Of a DNA stretch of 64,000 nt, positions 52,842 through 62,377 are shown piece by piece (positions within the stretch are counted from its first letter, which is position 1; the number at the start of each line of letters is the position of its first letter). Origin of the DNA: an uncultured Clostridia bacterium (lineage in GTDB: Bacteria > Bacillota > Clostridia > TANB77 > CAG-508). The notes beneath the pieces were generated by a model, which saw only the letters and a list, made by a program, of their open reading frames with translations, ran no database searches and was not told the origin of the DNA. The stretch spans positions 194,777-258,776 of the forward strand of contig CANPVP010000002.1 of the NCBI GenBank assembly GCA_947581825.1, in the 5' to 3' direction. Both the position numbers and the translations under genes were made by a program.

Positions 52842-53651
52842 ATGCCACATAGTAATCCCGATGGGAAGCGGGAAAACTTCTCAAAAGTGGTGCCGTACAT
52901 AGCGGTAGCCATAATAATAGGCCTGTTTATAGGTCTGGTCAGCCTTATAACAGGCAAGTCATTTGCTACTCCTGCTGGTGGTGAAGAGGCAAGTATCGAG
53001 AATGTAACAACTGTGACCACAAGTGATTTAGCTGAAACCGAGACAATAGCCTCGGAAGGAAGCACTACAGTTGAAGCTACGACCACGGCAAAGACAACTA
53101 CCTCTACTACCACCACGACAACAGTAGTAACCACAACCACTACAGTGACCACTACGACAACTATGGAAGAGACAACGACGACCACCACAGAACCACCTCT
53201 GAATACAGACTCCAATGTCTACATTACGGAGGAGGATCTGAATCGGGAATTTGCACTGGCAGGTTCCTGGCTCACTGCTCAAAGCGGTGTGCATTACTGG
53301 CAATCTTCGGATGCCGGTGAAATCAAGGAGACCTATTATGGGTGCTCCTTGGATGGCGTCTTCAGCCTCTTTTCTGAAGAAATTGGATACTCTTATGATT
53401 CTGTCAGAGAGCGCTCCGATGGTGTCTGGTGTGTCGCCATAGGGGAAGATGAAAGGGATTGGCTGGTCTGTGTGGCAGCTAATCTGAACTCTTTCCCAAG
53501 GGGAAGTCTCGTGAGAACTTCTGTAGGCTATGGTATCGTCTGTGATACCGGAGGTTTTGCAGAGTGGTCTCATGGAGATCGAATGTTTGACATCGCCGTT
53601 TCATCCAATTACTGGGGTGGAACCGGTGAGATCTTCAATCAGATTTATTAA
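52842..53651 (+). CDS. 3D-domain cell-wall protein with Thr-rich linker, encoded in a roughly 50% GC island
   Basis: N-terminal TM, T-rich linker (TTTSTTTTTTVVTTTTTVTTTTT). The C-terminus has the 3D-domain signature (GSLVRTSVGYGIVCDTGGFAEWSHGDRMFDIAV: DTGG...G.R.DI). Base composition is very different from the genome background. Confidence 0.6.
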   Translation: MPHSNPDGKRENFSKVVPYIAVAIIIGLFIGLVSLITGKSFATPAGGEEASIENVTTVTTSDLAETETIASEGSTTVEATTTAKTTTSTTTTTTVVTTTTTVTTTTTMEETTTTTTEPPLNTDSNVYITEEDLNREFALAGSWLTAQSGVHYWQSSDAGEIKETYYGCSLDGVFSLFSEEIGYSYDSVRERSDGVWCVAIGEDERDWLVCVAANLNSFPRGSLVRTSVGYGIVCDTGGFAEWSHGDRMFDIAVSSNYWGGTGEIFNQIY

Positions 53652-53835
53652 AAGTTAGTCTCTGTAGTAGAAACGAGCCCAAAGACGTACGTCTGCGGGT
53701 TTGTTTCTATTTATAGTACTAAAATTTCTTGCACTCATTTTTAGTGTAAGAAAATTTTTCCTTTTATTTTAAATTTTATTGTACAAAAAAATCATTTATG
53801 ATATACTACAAACAAATACTTTTTTGGAGGCAGAT

Positions 53836-56130
53836 ATGTCTGAAATTACAGATGAGGAATTAGAAGAAGTTAAAGAAAAATTAGAATATATAGGTTTGGA
53901 TTTAAATAATATTCCAAGCTTTTTAAAAGAGTTTGAAGGTTTGGATTTTAGACCAGCAAGAACATATGTAGAAGGAGCACATAAAGTATATAAATATATT
54001 TCAGTACAAGATATAGAAATTTTATTAACTCCTAAAAACAGACTGAATACTTTACAAGAAAAATATCATTCAGCAAGTCATATATATTCCTACATAGAAC
54101 CAAAAACAGAAGATGATATATTAAAACATGTAACTTTTCTAAAAATGTTAAAAACAGTAACAATAGAAGAAATAGAAAAATTAGATGAATTACAAAATAA
54201 TTTAAATAAAGAAATTCCATTCAAAGTAAAATATAATTTGAATTATCTATGGCAAATTTATTACTCAGAAACTGCAGATAAATATTTTATGCTTGTTCCA
54301 ACAGAAGATTCAGACTATGAAAGCTTATTTTACTTAATAAAAAAACAAATTGAGTACTATACACAAGGAAAAGAACAAAAAATATATGTTCCAGTTTGTA
54401 ATATGGAATATTCTAGAGAATACTTAAATAAATCAGAAATATCAGATTTAGAAAAATATGTATGGTTTTTTACAAAAGACTGGCCAATGATTTATGAAGT
54501 ATATGATCAATCAGAAAATTTAAGTATACAAATAGTGGGAGAAACAGTTGTATATGAGAAAATAAAAAGTTATTATAAAATACAATTATCAACAAAGGAA
54601 GAGGCAGTCAAATTTTATAAATTAATAAAAGTGCTATTTATAATGCAAACAGAATTGCCACATGAATATTCTTTTGAGGTGTCCATAAATAAAATTGGAG
54701 GATTAGAGTTCTTCTTCAATACAAAAGAAATAAATTATTCAAATCTAGCTGAATTTATAAGAGATGAAGTAATAAAAAATAGTACAGAAATTCAAAAATT
54801 AAAAATAGAGCAAAAGTGCAATGAAAAGAAACTTGCAGAACTTAATAAGAAAGCAGATGAAAAAGAAAAAGAATATGTAAACAAAGAAAGACAAATTGCT
54901 ACATTTCTAGCATACAAGAAAACTTTCTTTGGAAAAGTAAAATATTATTTTGCTATAAAAAAGATGAAAGCAAGCCTAAAAGCAGAAAAAGAAGAAAAAA
55001 AGGAAATTAATAATGAAGAAGTAGAGATAGAAGAAATAAGAGTAGAAAATAATATTCCAAACAAAGAGTTTTTTACAATAGATGATTTATTATTAGTAGC
55101 AAAAGAAAATGATAAATTAAGTACAGAAGTAAAAAATTTAAAATTAGACATAGAAGCAATTACTAAAAAAATAGAAACTGTAGAAATAAAAATAAAAAAT
55201 GCTACACAATATATAGAAGAAATAGATAGTCATAAAAAAAGCATATTCGAATTTTGGAAATTTGCAAATAAAGATAAGGCTTTAGCTTTAGCACCAGGAA
55301 CAGAGAAAGAAGAGGTTGTGTCTAATCCAAAACTTGAAAAAGTATTTGATTATGAAGAAGATTTAGAAGATTTGGGTGAATCTGTAGATAGATTACAAAG
55401 AAAAATTTTAGAAAAAAATGATTGCGATTCTATTTATATTGCTTCAACAGAAGTTTTAAATGATTTAAACTCTTTGAAGCAAGATGAAAATTATCAAAAT
55501 TTAGATGAAAGTTTAAATAAATTAAAAGCTGAAGCAGAAAAAGAGAAAACTTTGTTTAACGCAGAAGATTTTGATATATTTGGAACTATGTCAGAAGACA
55601 AAACAAAAATAAAAATGCTTGGTAATAAAAAGCATAGGGAATCTAGAAAAAGTAAAATACAAATTCTAGATATTAATAAAAATACAACAGTTGAAAATTA
55701 TAAGAGTAGTCTTTTAAGTATTTTATCAAGAATAAAAAAAGCTTTAGAAAAAACTGCTATTAGCAATAATATGTCTTTGTATTTGGCTTCTGATACAGAA
55801 ATTAATAGACAAGGTTTTTCAGTTTTTAATATAAATCCTAAGAATGCTATAAATAATTTAGGAAAAAAAGATAAAATAAATATGTATAGAGTTAATTTAA
55901 AGCATGGGGTTCCAGCAATATATTTTTCAAATATTATATATTATGACAATGCGAATAAAACATTGCCATTAGGATTGAATATATCTGATAAAGTATTAGT
56001 GGATATGCAAGATTTTAACCTAATACCTAAGAAACAAAAATTATTTAGAATAAATCAAGAGATAGATGAGTTTAATGTAAAACCTGAAGTTGTTTGTTTA
56101 CATGACTATGACTTAGTAAAAAAACAATAG
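53836..56130 (+). CDS. hypothetical large coiled-coil protein (about 764 aa)
   Basis: Long ORF with GGAGG RBS. The central K/E-rich coiled-coil region is flanked by globular parts. No recognisable family. Confidence 0.6.
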   Translation: MSEITDEELEEVKEKLEYIGLDLNNIPSFLKEFEGLDFRPARTYVEGAHKVYKYISVQDIEILLTPKNRLNTLQEKYHSASHIYSYIEPKTEDDILKHVTFLKMLKTVTIEEIEKLDELQNNLNKEIPFKVKYNLNYLWQIYYSETADKYFMLVPTEDSDYESLFYLIKKQIEYYTQGKEQKIYVPVCNMEYSREYLNKSEISDLEKYVWFFTKDWPMIYEVYDQSENLSIQIVGETVVYEKIKSYYKIQLSTKEEAVKFYKLIKVLFIMQTELPHEYSFEVSINKIGGLEFFFNTKEINYSNLAEFIRDEVIKNSTEIQKLKIEQKCNEKKLAELNKKADEKEKEYVNKERQIATFLAYKKTFFGKVKYYFAIKKMKASLKAEKEEKKEINNEEVEIEEIRVENNIPNKEFFTIDDLLLVAKENDKLSTEVKNLKLDIEAITKKIETVEIKIKNATQYIEEIDSHKKSIFEFWKFANKDKALALAPGTEKEEVVSNPKLEKVFDYEEDLEDLGESVDRLQRKILEKNDCDSIYIASTEVLNDLNSLKQDENYQNLDESLNKLKAEAEKEKTLFNAEDFDIFGTMSEDKTKIKMLGNKKHRESRKSKIQILDINKNTTVENYKSSLLSILSRIKKALEKTAISNNMSLYLASDTEINRQGFSVFNINPKNAINNLGKKDKINMYRVNLKHGVPAIYFSNIIYYDNANKTLPLGLNISDKVLVDMQDFNLIPKKQKLFRINQEIDEFNVKPEVVCLHDYDLVKKQ

Positions 56131-56161
56131 AGTAAAATGAATATATACAAAGGAGAATTTA

Positions 56162-56851
56162 ATGAGGAAGGTACTAATAATAATTTTAATAATTGCAATT
56201 ATAGTTGCAATTGCTTTAAGTGGATATATAATATGGAACAATTCAAATAAAGAAAATAATAAAGCTCAAGATGAGCAACCTATAAAACACGAACAGCAAG
56301 ATGTTATAGAATATGGATACTTAAGAATGGGAGAATGGGGAATAGCTTCTAAATACAGTTCAAAAAAAGAAGAATATGAAGATGTTAATGTAACAATTAA
56401 GCAAATGATTAGAGGAGAAGAAGCTGAGAGAATAGTAAAAGAATATACTGAAAACAACAAGTATTTTGAGTATACTAACCCGCAAGAAGGGATGGAATGC
56501 TTAGTAGTCGAATATCAAATAAATCTTGGTAATTATGTGAAAGGAACAAATGGGGCTAATAGTGATATCCAAACTGCTATAAAAGGATTTGGAGATAGTA
56601 AAAATATAGTAGTGGGTAATAAATCATATGAAATAAAAACTCAAGATATATCAGATAGAGAATATACCAATGAAAATCAAGTAACAGGAAGATTTGTTTG
56701 TCAAATTCCAATAGACTGTGAAGAATATGTAGTGATGTTTGGAAATGAAGAATATAGTTATTGTGAGTTTAGAGGTATAACAAATAAAACTGAAGATAAA
56801 ACTACGGAAAATGAACAACAAAATTTAAATAACAATCAAAGTGAAGAATAG
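56162..56851 (+). CDS. membrane-anchored hypothetical protein
   Basis: N-terminal TM, followed by an extracytoplasmic beta-rich domain. Confidence 0.6.
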   Translation: MRKVLIIILIIAIIVAIALSGYIIWNNSNKENNKAQDEQPIKHEQQDVIEYGYLRMGEWGIASKYSSKKEEYEDVNVTIKQMIRGEEAERIVKEYTENNKYFEYTNPQEGMECLVVEYQINLGNYVKGTNGANSDIQTAIKGFGDSKNIVVGNKSYEIKTQDISDREYTNENQVTGRFVCQIPIDCEEYVVMFGNEEYSYCEFRGITNKTEDKTTENEQQNLNNNQSEE

Positions 56852-56938
56852 ATTATTCAGAAATAATAAAAAAAATAATAAAATACTTGCTTTTAACTAA
56901 TAAATTTGTTATCATTTAAAAGCAAGTTAATTTTATAT

Positions 56939-57025
56939 GCCGGTGTGTTGGAATTGGTAGACGAGGCAGACTCAAAATCTGTTGCTAGAAATAGCGTGTG
57001 GGTTCGAGTCCCACCACCGGCACCA
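56939..57025 (+). tRNA. tRNA-Leu (anticodon CAA), type II with long variable arm
   Basis: Acceptor GCCGGTG/CACCGGC, D-arm GGAATTGGTAGA, anticodon loop CTCAAAA, long variable arm, T-arm GGTTCGAGTCC and 3' ACCA. A terminator hairpin follows at 57029-57056. Confidence 0.85.
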
Positions 57026-57057
57026 GAGAAAAGAATAGCAAAGCTATTCTTTTTTGA
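57010..57057 (+). repeat. direct repeat copy 1 (tRNA-Leu 3' end plus terminator), att-like
   Basis: 48 bp identical to 57180-57227 (cccaccaccggcaccagagaaaagaatagcaaagctattcttttttga). Confidence 0.7.
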
Positions 57058-57179
57058 GTTCATAAACGTTGGGATTCGAAAAGGAAGGAACCAAGTTTCG
57101 AGCTGGGCAGGAGCCAGCCGAAACGCAGGCAAAAACAGTCCAGTGGACTGTTTTTCTGACGCGGCCCGAAGGGGAGCTC

Positions 57180-57227
57180 CCACCACCGGCACCAGAGAAA
57201 AGAATAGCAAAGCTATTCTTTTTTGAA
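57180..57227 (+). repeat. direct repeat copy 2 (displaced tRNA-Leu 3' end), att-like
   Basis: Identical 48 bp. The intervening 57058-57179 is GC-rich and contains terminator hairpin aaacagtccagtggactgttt. Confidence 0.7.
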
Positions 57228-57277
57228 ATTATTTAGAAAAATAGTAATATTATTAAAAAAAGACTGGAGGCAAATAT

Positions 57278-58345
57278 ATGAGTTTTTTTAAATCATTGTT
57301 TTCATCAGCAAGTAAAGATGAAAATTCAAAAATAAGTCAAAAATTTGAAAACTATGTAAATTATGTAAGCAATGATAATAATATAAAAATAAGATTACCT
57401 GAAGAATATAAAAAAGATGATGTTGCAGATTATGATTTTTATGCAGGGTATGAGGATAAATTATATTTGGGAATGTATGTATATAACTTAGATGAATATA
57501 AAGGCTATACAGAAAATCAAATATTAAATGAACAATTTTCTATTATGTCAAAGAGTAGAAAGATGAAAATTATTTTAAACAATCAAATAAAAAAATATCA
57601 GAACAAAATAACGAATACTGTAGTATATCTTTCTAAGAGAAAGGAATATGTAGATAATGTAATATCTATGTCAACAATTAGATTTTATAGTATGCCAAAT
57701 TATATTGTTTATGTGGTGCAAACGTGCAGAGAAGATGAGTATACGATATATAAAGAAATTCTTATGAAAAATTTAGCAAATATAGAGTCTAATGTTAAAG
57801 AGAATGAATTAAATTTAACGGAAGAGTTAAACAATAAAATAATTAAAGAAAGTAATAATGAAACAGATTTGCAAAATAGTATACTACATATTAGTAAAAT
57901 AATATCGCATAATGACAGCACGGTAATCAACGAAATCAGTAACCTTATGAACAACAAAGACATTTATATAAAAAAAAGTGAAAGAGAAATAGATGAAAAT
58001 TGCAGTGCTAATACATTATTTTGGCTTATAATGGTTGATACATTAGAAAAATATAACTATATCTGTGAACGAGATTGGAAAGATGAATTTGAAGATTTTA
58101 TTTATTTTCTATCTAATTTAAAAAACTTTGATATAGATATAAACTATGATATTTTTAATAAAGATGAATCTATTATTGAATGGTGCCAAATAATAGATAG
58201 TAAATATGAGCCAAAATGTATTGGATGTATAGATATTGATAGTGATAGTTATGTTTTATTTGTATCTAATAACGATGAAATTAATGAATTAAAACAATTA
58301 TCTGCAGAAATTTCTAAAAAAATAGATTATGCTAAAAATTGTTAA
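57278..58345 (+). CDS. hypothetical protein (355 aa)
   Basis: AT-rich ORF with RBS GGAGG. No recognisable domain. Confidence 0.55.
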   Translation: MSFFKSLFSSASKDENSKISQKFENYVNYVSNDNNIKIRLPEEYKKDDVADYDFYAGYEDKLYLGMYVYNLDEYKGYTENQILNEQFSIMSKSRKMKIILNNQIKKYQNKITNTVVYLSKRKEYVDNVISMSTIRFYSMPNYIVYVVQTCREDEYTIYKEILMKNLANIESNVKENELNLTEELNNKIIKESNNETDLQNSILHISKIISHNDSTVINEISNLMNNKDIYIKKSEREIDENCSANTLFWLIMVDTLEKYNYICERDWKDEFEDFIYFLSNLKNFDIDINYDIFNKDESIIEWCQIIDSKYEPKCIGCIDIDSDSYVLFVSNNDEINELKQLSAEISKKIDYAKNC

Positions 58346-58531
58346 ATAATATTAAAAATAATTTGTTTAATTGTAAAAACATAAAATATCATTACAGGTG
58401 AAATCAAAAAGTGATGATTAGCAAAGGACCAGAAGTTAAAAAAAAAGTATTGAACTTCTGGTCCTTTTGCATACTGTAAATTAACGCAGGCAAAAACAGT
58501 CCAGTGAGCTGTTTTTCTGGAAAAATAGTAT

Positions 58532-58560
58532 TTGACAAAAATAAATAATCTGTGTATAAT
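58532..58560 (+). promoter_or_regulatory. perfect-consensus sigma-A promoter (cassette copy 1)
   Basis: TTGACA, 17 nt, TATAAT. Preceded by terminator hairpin aaacagtccagtgagctgttt at 58491-58517. Confidence 0.55.
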
Positions 58561-58566
58561 AAATAT

Positions 58567-58655
58567 AGAAAATGACAATTCCACAAATGTGGTTTTGCCG
58601 GATATATTGAGAAAACTCACATCTACCTTGCAAAATACAGATGTGAGTTTTTATT
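58567..58655 (+). ncRNA. candidate antisense sRNA (type I antitoxin-like)
   Basis: Predicted transcript from the consensus promoter to the hairpin ctcacatct..agatgtgag + T5 (58615-58655). It overlaps the 3' end of the minus-strand small-peptide gene. Confidence 0.35.
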
Positions 58656-58773
58656 ATTTATGTAGTTGCTTATCAACCCAGTTCTTATACAGAACTGTTG
58701 CTAAGGCAACGTTTAATGTTAAAGATAACATAAAGGATATTATAAAAAATAGTATCACTTTAACCATAAACAT
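58654..58773 (-). CDS. small hydrophobic peptide (39 aa), type I toxin-like
   Basis: MFMVKVILFFIISFMLSLTLNVALATVLYKNWVDKQLHK: a single TM helix with a charged C-terminus. AAGGAAGGTGG RBS upstream. It shares the bidirectional terminator with the convergent sRNA. Confidence 0.4.
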   Translation of the reverse strand: MFMVKVILFFIISFMLSLTLNVALATVLYKNWVDKQLHK

Positions 58774-58960
58774 CACCACCTTCCTTACAATATAATGTAA
58801 AAATGGTGGCAAAACCACATCTGCTTATCATCATTTCCTATGTTTTCCAATATATAATATTTTTAAATAAAAAACAAGCGAACAGAACAAAATTTCAATA
58901 AAAGTTATAGATAACTATGTCATTGAAAACAGCCGGGCTGTTTTTCTGGAAAATTAGTAT

Positions 58961-58989
58961 TTGACAAAAATAAATAATCTATGCATAAT
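58961..58989 (+). promoter_or_regulatory. near-consensus promoter (cassette copy 2) with structured leader upstream of the Na/Pi cotransporter gene
   Basis: TTGACA, 17 nt, CATAAT. Preceded by terminator aaacagccgggctgttt. The downstream leader 58995-59100 contains hairpin accgcagtgaatgcggt and terminator-like aacaacacattc..gaatgtgttgtt + T9. Confidence 0.45.
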
Positions 58990-59168
58990 AAATATAGGAA
59001 ATGAATAACCGCAGTGAATGCGGTTACCACTACATAAGAGTATAACAACACATTCGCAATATTGGCATAGTGGAATGTGTTGTTATTTTTTTTTGCTCAG
59101 AGCTTGACTAATATTTTTAAAAACTATATAGTGGAATGAGAAATTTATTTGTAGCAAGGGGGAGCAAT

Positions 59169-60992
59169 ATGGATATAGCAGTTAAAATCATCAAAATGGT
59201 TGGCGGACTAGTATTATTAATATATGGAATGGATATGCTGAGTATAAATTTAAAGAAAATTGCTGGAGAAAAATTAAAATCAATTTTAAAAAAAGCTACA
59301 GATAACGTTTTTAAAGGAGTAATTACAGGAATTATAATTACAGTTGCTGTTCAAAGCTCTTCGGTTGTAACAGTAATGGTAATAGGCTTTGTAAATGCAG
59401 AAATACTAAAATTAAAAAATGCAATACCTATAATTATGGGGGCTAATATTGGAACTACTATAACAGCTCAGATATTGAGACTAGCAAGTGTAGAAGGAAG
59501 TACTATATTTACGCTGTTAAGTCCAGAATTTTTGGCACCAGTATTTATTATAATTGGTTTTGCTTTATTAGAAGTTAAGAAAAAGAAAAATGTTAAGGAT
59601 TTTGGACAACTATTAATAAGTGTAGGCTTACTTTTCACAGGGCTTATGACAATGGTTGATATGGCAAGTGGATTTAGTGAACTTCCTATAATGAAGGAAA
59701 TTTTAAGTACTTTTTCAAATCCTATAGTAGGTTTACTTGCAGGAACTATTATAACTGCAATAGTACAAAGTTCAGCAGCAACAATAGGTATTTTACAAGC
59801 AATATCTCAAACGGGTATTATTACATATGCTAGTACAATACCAGTAGTATTAGGTCAAAATATTGGAACATGTTTTACATCCGTTTTATCTAGTATAGGA
59901 GCATCAAAAAATGCAAAAAGAGTAGCCACAGTCCATTTACTATTTAACTTTATAGGATCTATTATTTTTATGATAGCAATATATACATATCAAACTTTAG
60001 TTGGATTTAGTTTTTGGAATAATCCAATCGACATGGGAGGCATAGCAAATTTTCATTTGATTTTCAATGTCGTATGTACGCTAATTTTACTTCCATGTGC
60101 TGGTTTACTTGAAAAATTAGCGATGCTAGCCATTAGAGATAATAAAGAAGAAAATGAAGATGAAGAAGATGCAAGCGAGTATCTAACAGTATTAAATGTA
60201 TTGGATGAAAGAATTGCTAAAATCCCAAGTGTAGCAATATCTAATAGTTTAAAAGTAATAACTAAAACAGCTGAAATTGCAGAGAAGAATGTAAAAAAAT
60301 CTATGAATTTACTAGAAAAAATTGATGAAGAAAAATTAGAACATATTCAAAATAGAGAAGATGCAATTGATGAATTAGATGCAAAAACTGCAGAATTCTT
60401 AGTGAAAATAGGAAATCTTGAACTTACAGAACAAGAAAATAAATCAGTAACAAGCTTATTAAAAATTGAATCAGAATTTGAAAAAATTGGTGATTATGCA
60501 TATAAATTATCTAAAATAGTAGAAAACATGAAAAATAAGAAACTTGAATTTTCAGAAAATGCAGTAAAAGAGTTAAATCTAGTATATAAGTTGGTGGAAG
60601 ATGTACTTAGAAAAACAATAGAAGCTTTACCTAAAAAAGATAAGACTATCGTAATTGAAATACAAGCCTTAAAGGAAATCGCAGAAATGTATAGAGAAAA
60701 ATTTAAAAAACAGCATATAGAAAGATTGAGAGAAGCAAGGTGTTCAGTTGATACTGGAATAGCTTTTATAGAAATATTAACAGTATATGAAAAGATTATT
60801 GATCACTGCTTAAATGTATCAGTAGAAATTGCTAATTATGCAATGGATGAAAGATATATTACGAAGCATGAATATCTTAATAGCTTATATGCAGATGATA
60901 GTGGTAGATTAAAATCAAGATTCAATGAACTCATTCATAAATATGAAATATTGCTAGAAGAGAATAATGCTAGAAATACAGCTAATAGTTAA
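59169..60992 (+). CDS. Na/Pi-cotransporter family protein with C-terminal PhoU-like domain
   Basis: Polytopic N-terminal half (duplicated NptA-type repeats with QSSSV/QSSAAT) and a C-terminal helical PhoU-like domain. Confidence 0.8.
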   Translation: MDIAVKIIKMVGGLVLLIYGMDMLSINLKKIAGEKLKSILKKATDNVFKGVITGIIITVAVQSSSVVTVMVIGFVNAEILKLKNAIPIIMGANIGTTITAQILRLASVEGSTIFTLLSPEFLAPVFIIIGFALLEVKKKKNVKDFGQLLISVGLLFTGLMTMVDMASGFSELPIMKEILSTFSNPIVGLLAGTIITAIVQSSAATIGILQAISQTGIITYASTIPVVLGQNIGTCFTSVLSSIGASKNAKRVATVHLLFNFIGSIIFMIAIYTYQTLVGFSFWNNPIDMGGIANFHLIFNVVCTLILLPCAGLLEKLAMLAIRDNKEENEDEEDASEYLTVLNVLDERIAKIPSVAISNSLKVITKTAEIAEKNVKKSMNLLEKIDEEKLEHIQNREDAIDELDAKTAEFLVKIGNLELTEQENKSVTSLLKIESEFEKIGDYAYKLSKIVENMKNKKLEFSENAVKELNLVYKLVEDVLRKTIEALPKKDKTIVIEIQALKEIAEMYREKFKKQHIERLREARCSVDTGIAFIEILTVYEKIIDHCLNVSVEIANYAMDERYITKHEYLNSLYADDSGRLKSRFNELIHKYEILLEENNARNTANS

Positions 60993-61061
60993 AAATAAGC
61001 AGTTGAAAAACAAGAAAATTTGTGATATAAGTCAAAATATAAAAGATTAAGGAGGAAACAA

Positions 61062-62270
61062 ATGAAGAAAGTAATATTAGCTATAATTTTAATTGCATTA
61101 ATATGCGGAGGATTATTATATGTAAATAATCAGTATAAAGAGCAAAAAACAAAGAGTTCTGAAAATACAGCTAATAATTCTAGTCAAAATAGTGCAGAAC
61201 AAAATAATATAACACAAGATAATACAACAACAAATAATTCAACATTTGAAGGCAATAATTCTTTGTACAATAGTATATTTAAAAATAATGAAATAACTAA
61301 TACATTTAAAGATGATGATAAAGATGACGAAGAGAAAAAAGAAGATGATGATGATAATGATAAAATAGAAAATACTCCAGTGGCTTTACATGGAGAATTA
61401 GAAGTTAAGGGAACAAATATTGTAGATGAAGATGGTAAAAAGTTTCAATTAAAAGGTGTAAGTACTCATGGACTACAATGGTTTCCACAATATGTAAATC
61501 AAGATGCTTTTAATTATATGAGAGATACATGGGGAATTAATGCAGTAAGGCTTGCTATGTATACAGATCCTAATGTTGGATATACAAAAGAGTTGCATAA
61601 AGTTGTTGAAAATGGTGTAGAATATGCAAAAAATGCAGGATTATACGTTATAATAGATTGGCATATTTTAAGTGATGGAAATCCAAATACTAATAAACAA
61701 TCAGCAATTTCATTTTTCAAAGAAATGTCTAAAAAATATAAAGATTATGATAATGTAATTTATGAAATTTGCAATGAGCCAAATGGTGATGTTCAATGGA
61801 AAAGAGATGTTAAACCATATGCAGAAAAAGTAATTGCAGAAATAAGAAAAAATGATGATGATGCTATTATTATAGTTGGAACACCAACATGGTCACAAGA
61901 TGTAGATGTAGTAGCAAAAAATCCTATAAAAGGATATGATAACATAATGTATGCATTACATTTTTATTCATCAACTCATAAAGAAGATTTAAGAAAAAAG
62001 GCGGAAACAGCTTTAAAATCAGGCTTACCAATATTTGTATCTGAATTCGGAATTTCAGATGCTTCAGGTAATGGTAACATAGATAAAACAGAAGGAGATA
62101 AATGGATAGAATTCTTAAACAAAAATAATATAAGTTGGATGTGTTGGAATTTATCTAATAAAAATGAAACATCATCACTTTTAAAAGACAGTACTAATAA
62201 AGTAACAGGTTGGACAGAAAATGAGTTGTCAGAGGAAGGAAAATGGCTATTAAAAGCATTAAAAAAATAA
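61062..62270 (+). CDS. glycoside hydrolase family 5 endoglucanase (cellulase), membrane/signal anchored
   Basis: Catalytic acid/base NEP (ICNEPNG), nucleophile in IFVSEFGIS, conserved GH5_2 blocks (VRLAMYTDP, HFYS), an N-terminal hydrophobic anchor and a D/E/K-rich linker. Confidence 0.85.
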   Translation: MKKVILAIILIALICGGLLYVNNQYKEQKTKSSENTANNSSQNSAEQNNITQDNTTTNNSTFEGNNSLYNSIFKNNEITNTFKDDDKDDEEKKEDDDDNDKIENTPVALHGELEVKGTNIVDEDGKKFQLKGVSTHGLQWFPQYVNQDAFNYMRDTWGINAVRLAMYTDPNVGYTKELHKVVENGVEYAKNAGLYVIIDWHILSDGNPNTNKQSAISFFKEMSKKYKDYDNVIYEICNEPNGDVQWKRDVKPYAEKVIAEIRKNDDDAIIIVGTPTWSQDVDVVAKNPIKGYDNIMYALHFYSSTHKEDLRKKAETALKSGLPIFVSEFGISDASGNGNIDKTEGDKWIEFLNKNNISWMCWNLSNKNETSSLLKDSTNKVTGWTENELSEEGKWLLKALKK

Positions 62271-62377
62271 TGAATTTAAAGAATAGTTATAAAATTTTAA
62301 TAATTAATAATATAAAAAGCAAGTTTAATTACTTGCTTTTCACGTAATAAGAAAATATAAATTAGGAGAAAAATAAA

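Noticed and set aside
52760-53573. Two minus-strand ORFs (151 and 181 aa) in the GC-rich island
   Set aside because: They are antisense to the 3D-domain gene. The poly-Val translation mirrors the poly-Thr linker on the other strand. The plus-strand gene has the RBS and a domain signature.
56893-57226. ORFs of 105-106 aa on both strands spanning tRNA-Leu
   Set aside because: They overlap a tRNA gene and terminator hairpins and are not coding.
58532-58795. 87-aa plus-strand ORF
   Set aside because: It begins inside a promoter, has no RBS and crosses a bidirectional terminator. The convergent 39-aa minus-strand peptide with a strong RBS is the better explanation.
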